A DNA stretch of 64,000 nucleotides from Eledone cirrhosa (Eukaryota): NCBI GenBank assembly GCA_964016885.1, contig OZ024742.1:13826001-13890000 (forward strand), given 5' to 3'. The notes below the pieces were generated by a model. The model did no database searches. It saw only the letters and a program-made list of their open reading frames with translations, and was not told the origin of the DNA. Position 1 is the stretch's first letter. Every line of letters begins with the position of its first letter. Made by a program: the position numbers and the translations under genes. Below, in pieces: positions 61,101-64,000 of this stretch.

Positions 61101-64000
61101 GTAACCTCAATCTGAGACCTAACCCTAGTAGTGACCACCTGACCTAGTTTAGCCTCAATGTGACACCTTCAAACCCTAGAAGTGACCACCTGACCTACTT
61201 TAGCCTCAATGTGAGACCGTCTAACCCTAGAAGTGACCACCTGACCTAGTCTAGTCTCAATGTGAGACCTGACCTAGTCTAGCCTCAATGTGAGACTTCT
61301 AACCCTAGAAGTGACAACCTGACCTAGTGTAAACCGAATGTGAAACCTAACCCAAGAAGTGACCACCTGACCTAGTCTAGCCTGAATATGAGACGATCTA
61401 ACCCAAGTGACCACCTGACCTAGTGTAACCTCAATGAGACCTAACCCTAGAAGTGACCATCTGACCTAGTCTAGCCTCAATGAAACCTAACCCTAGAAGT
61501 GACCACCTGACCTCGTCTATCCATAATGTGAGACTATCTAACCCAAGAAGTGACCACCTGACCTAGTCTAGCCTCAATGTGAGATGATCTAACCTAAGAA
61601 GTGACCACCTGACCTAGTGTAACCTCAATGAGACCTAACCCTAGAATTGACCACCTGACCTAGTCTAGCCTCAATGTGAGATCTAACCTTAGCAGTGACC
61701 ACCTGACCTAGTCTAGCCTCAATGTGAGACCTAACCCTAGAAGTGACCACCTGACCTAGTCTAGCTTCAATGTGAGACCTAACCCTAGAAGTGACCACCT
61801 GACTTAGTCTAGCCTCAATGTGAGACCTAACCCTAGAAGTGACCACCTGACCTAGTCTAGCCTCAATGTGAGACTATCTAACCCAAGAAGTGACCACCTG
61901 ACCTAGTCTAGCCTCAATTTGAGACTAGCTAACCCAAGAAGTGACCACCTGACGTAGTGTAACCTCAATGTGAGACCTAACCCTAGAAGTGACCACCTGA
62001 CCTAGTCTAGCCTCAATCTGAGACCTAACCCTAGAAGTGACTACCTGACCTAGTTTAGCCTCAATGTGACACCTTCAAGCCCTAGAAGTAACCACCTGAC
62101 CTACTTTAGCCTCAATGTGAGACCATCTAACCCTAGAAGTGACCACCTGACCTAGTCTAGGTTCGATGTGAGACCTAACCCTAGAAGTGACCACCTGACC
62201 TAGTCTAGCCTCCAATGTGAGACCTAACCCTAGAAGTGACCACCTGACCTAGTCTAGCCTCAATGTGAGACCTAACCCTAGAAGTGACCACCTGACCTAG
62301 TCTAGCCTTAATATGAGACCTAACCCTAGAAGTGACCACCTGACCTAGTCTAGTTTCAATGTGAGACCTAACCCTAAAAGTGACCACCTGACCTAGTCTA
62401 GCCTCAATGTGAGACCATCTAACCCTAGAAGTGACAACCTGACCTAGTGTAATCTTAATGTGAAACCTAACCCAAGAAGTGACCACCTTACCTAGTCTAG
62501 CCTCAATGTGAGACGATCTAACCCAAGAAGTGACCACCTGACCTAGTGTAACCTCAATGAGACCTTCTAACCCTAGAAGTGACCATCTGACCTAGTCTAG
62601 CCTCAATGTGAGACCTAACCCTAGAAGTGACCACCTGACCTCGTCTATCCATAATGTGAGACTATCTAACCCAAGAAGTGACCACCTGACCTAGTCTAGC
62701 CTCAAGTGACCACCTGACCTAGTGTCACCTCAATGTGAGACCCTCTAACCCTAGAAGAGACCACCTTACCTAGTCTAGCCTCAATGTGAGACCTAACCCT
62801 AGAAGTGACCACCTGACCTAGTCTAGCCTCAATGTGAGACCTAACCCTAGAAGTGACCACCTGACCTAGTCTAGCCTCAATGTGAGACCTAACCATAGAA
62901 GTGACCACCTGACCTAGTCTAGCCTCAATGTGAGACGATCTAACCGAAGAAGTGACCACCTGACCTAGTGTAACCTCAATGAGACCTAACCCTAGAAGTG
63001 ACCACCTGACCTAGTCTAGCCTCAATGTGAGATCTAACCCTTGAAGTGACCACCTGACCTAGTCTAGCCTCATTGTGAGACCTAATCCAAGAACTGACCA
63101 CCTGACCTAGTCTAACCTCAATGTGAGACCTAACCTTAGCAGTGACCCCCTGACCTAGTCTAGCCTCAATGTGAGACCTAACCCTAGAAGTGACCACCTG
63201 GCCTAGTCTAGCTTCAATGTGAGACCTAACCCTAGAAGTGACCACTTGACTTAGTCTAGCCTCAATGTGAGACCTAACCCTAGAAGTCACCACCTGACCT
63301 AGTCTAGCCTCAATGTGAGACTATCTAACCCAAGAAGTGACCACCTGACCTAGTCTAGCCTCAATTTGAGACTAGCTAACCCAAGAACTGACCACCTGAC
63401 GTAGTGTAACCTCAATGTGAGACCTAACCCTAGAAGTGACCACCTGACCTAGTCTAGCCTCAATCTGAGACCTAACCCAAGAAGTGAGCACCTGACCTAG
63501 TGTAACCTCAATTTGAGACCTAACCCTAGAAGTGACCACCTGACCTAGTTTAGCCTCAATGTGACACCTTCAAGCCCTAGAAGTGACCACCTGACCTAGT
63601 CTAGCCTCCAATGTGAGACCTTCTAACCCTAGAAGTGACCACCTGACCTAGTCTAGCCTCAATGTGAGACCTAACCCTAGAAGTGACCACCTGACCTAGT
63701 CTAGCCTTAATATGAGACCTAACCCTAGAAGTGACCACCTGACCTAGTCTAGTTTCAATGTGAGACCTAACCCTAAAAGTGACCACCTGACCTAGTCTAG
63801 CCTCAATGTGAGACCATCTAACCCTAGAATTGACCACCTTACCTAGTCTAGTCTCAATGTGAGACCTAACCCTAGAAGTAACCACCTGACCTACTCTAGC
63901 CTCAATGTGAGACTTCTAACCCTAGAAGTGACAACCTGACCTAGTGTAATCTTAATGTGAAACCTAACCCAAGAAGTGACCACCTTACCTAGTCTAGCCT
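13188..64000. repeat. 48-bp tandem satellite array (>50 kb, continues past the window end)
   Basis: Consensus CTAGTCTAGCCTCAATGTGAGACCTAACCCTAGAAGTGACCACCTGAC, head-to-tail in one orientation, with length variants mostly 46-52 bp. I saw no non-satellite interruptions. Confidence 0.99.

Noticed and set aside
13024-63885. The many minus-strand ORFs encoding (VVTSRVRSHIEARLGQ)n as a repetitive protein gene
   Set aside because: They are a by-product of a 48-bp (16-codon) unit lacking a stop in one frame. Starts are mostly GTG/TTG, and frequent 46/47/49/50-bp variants shift the frame, which indicates no coding constraint.
13188-64000. CRISPR array
   Set aside because: There are no unique spacers (the variable slot is only 0-4 nt), no cas genes, and the context is a eukaryotic intron-containing gene.
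13188-64000. True telomere or G-quadruplex-forming tract
   Set aside because: There is only 10 bp of telomeric register and a single GGG run per 48 bp, with no (TTAGGG)n array.

Overview
This is eukaryotic (animal) genomic DNA. The SINE, RTE and (TA)n repeat landscape resembles an Octopus-like cephalopod, which is an inference from repeat style only. The first ~13 kb hold four spliced coding exons of a UCHL5/UCH37-type deubiquitinase gene (5423-5498, 8324-8387, 9305-9410, 11141-11266, + strand), all missed by the ORF track. Around them are SINEs, an RTE LINE 3' fragment, MITEs/foldback elements, minisatellites and a full-length but inactivated mariner (11463-12751) nested inside a MITE. From ~13188 to the end of the window (>50 kb, roughly 1,040 monomers) is one uninterrupted 48-bp satellite with kb-scale higher-order duplications. 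It apparently lies inside UCHL5 intron 4, and all the 'VVTSRVRSHIEARLGQ' ORFs are artefacts of it. The most notable observations are: (1) a candidate type-I hammerhead ribozyme at 2047-2157 (-); (2) independent 32-bp tandem duplications of both the donor and the acceptor of UCHL5 intron 3; (3) a giant intronic satellite whose monomer carries a telomeric TAGGGTTAGG stretch, branch-point-like motifs and a nuclear-receptor DR2; (4) local relatives of the satellite that hint at its origin.
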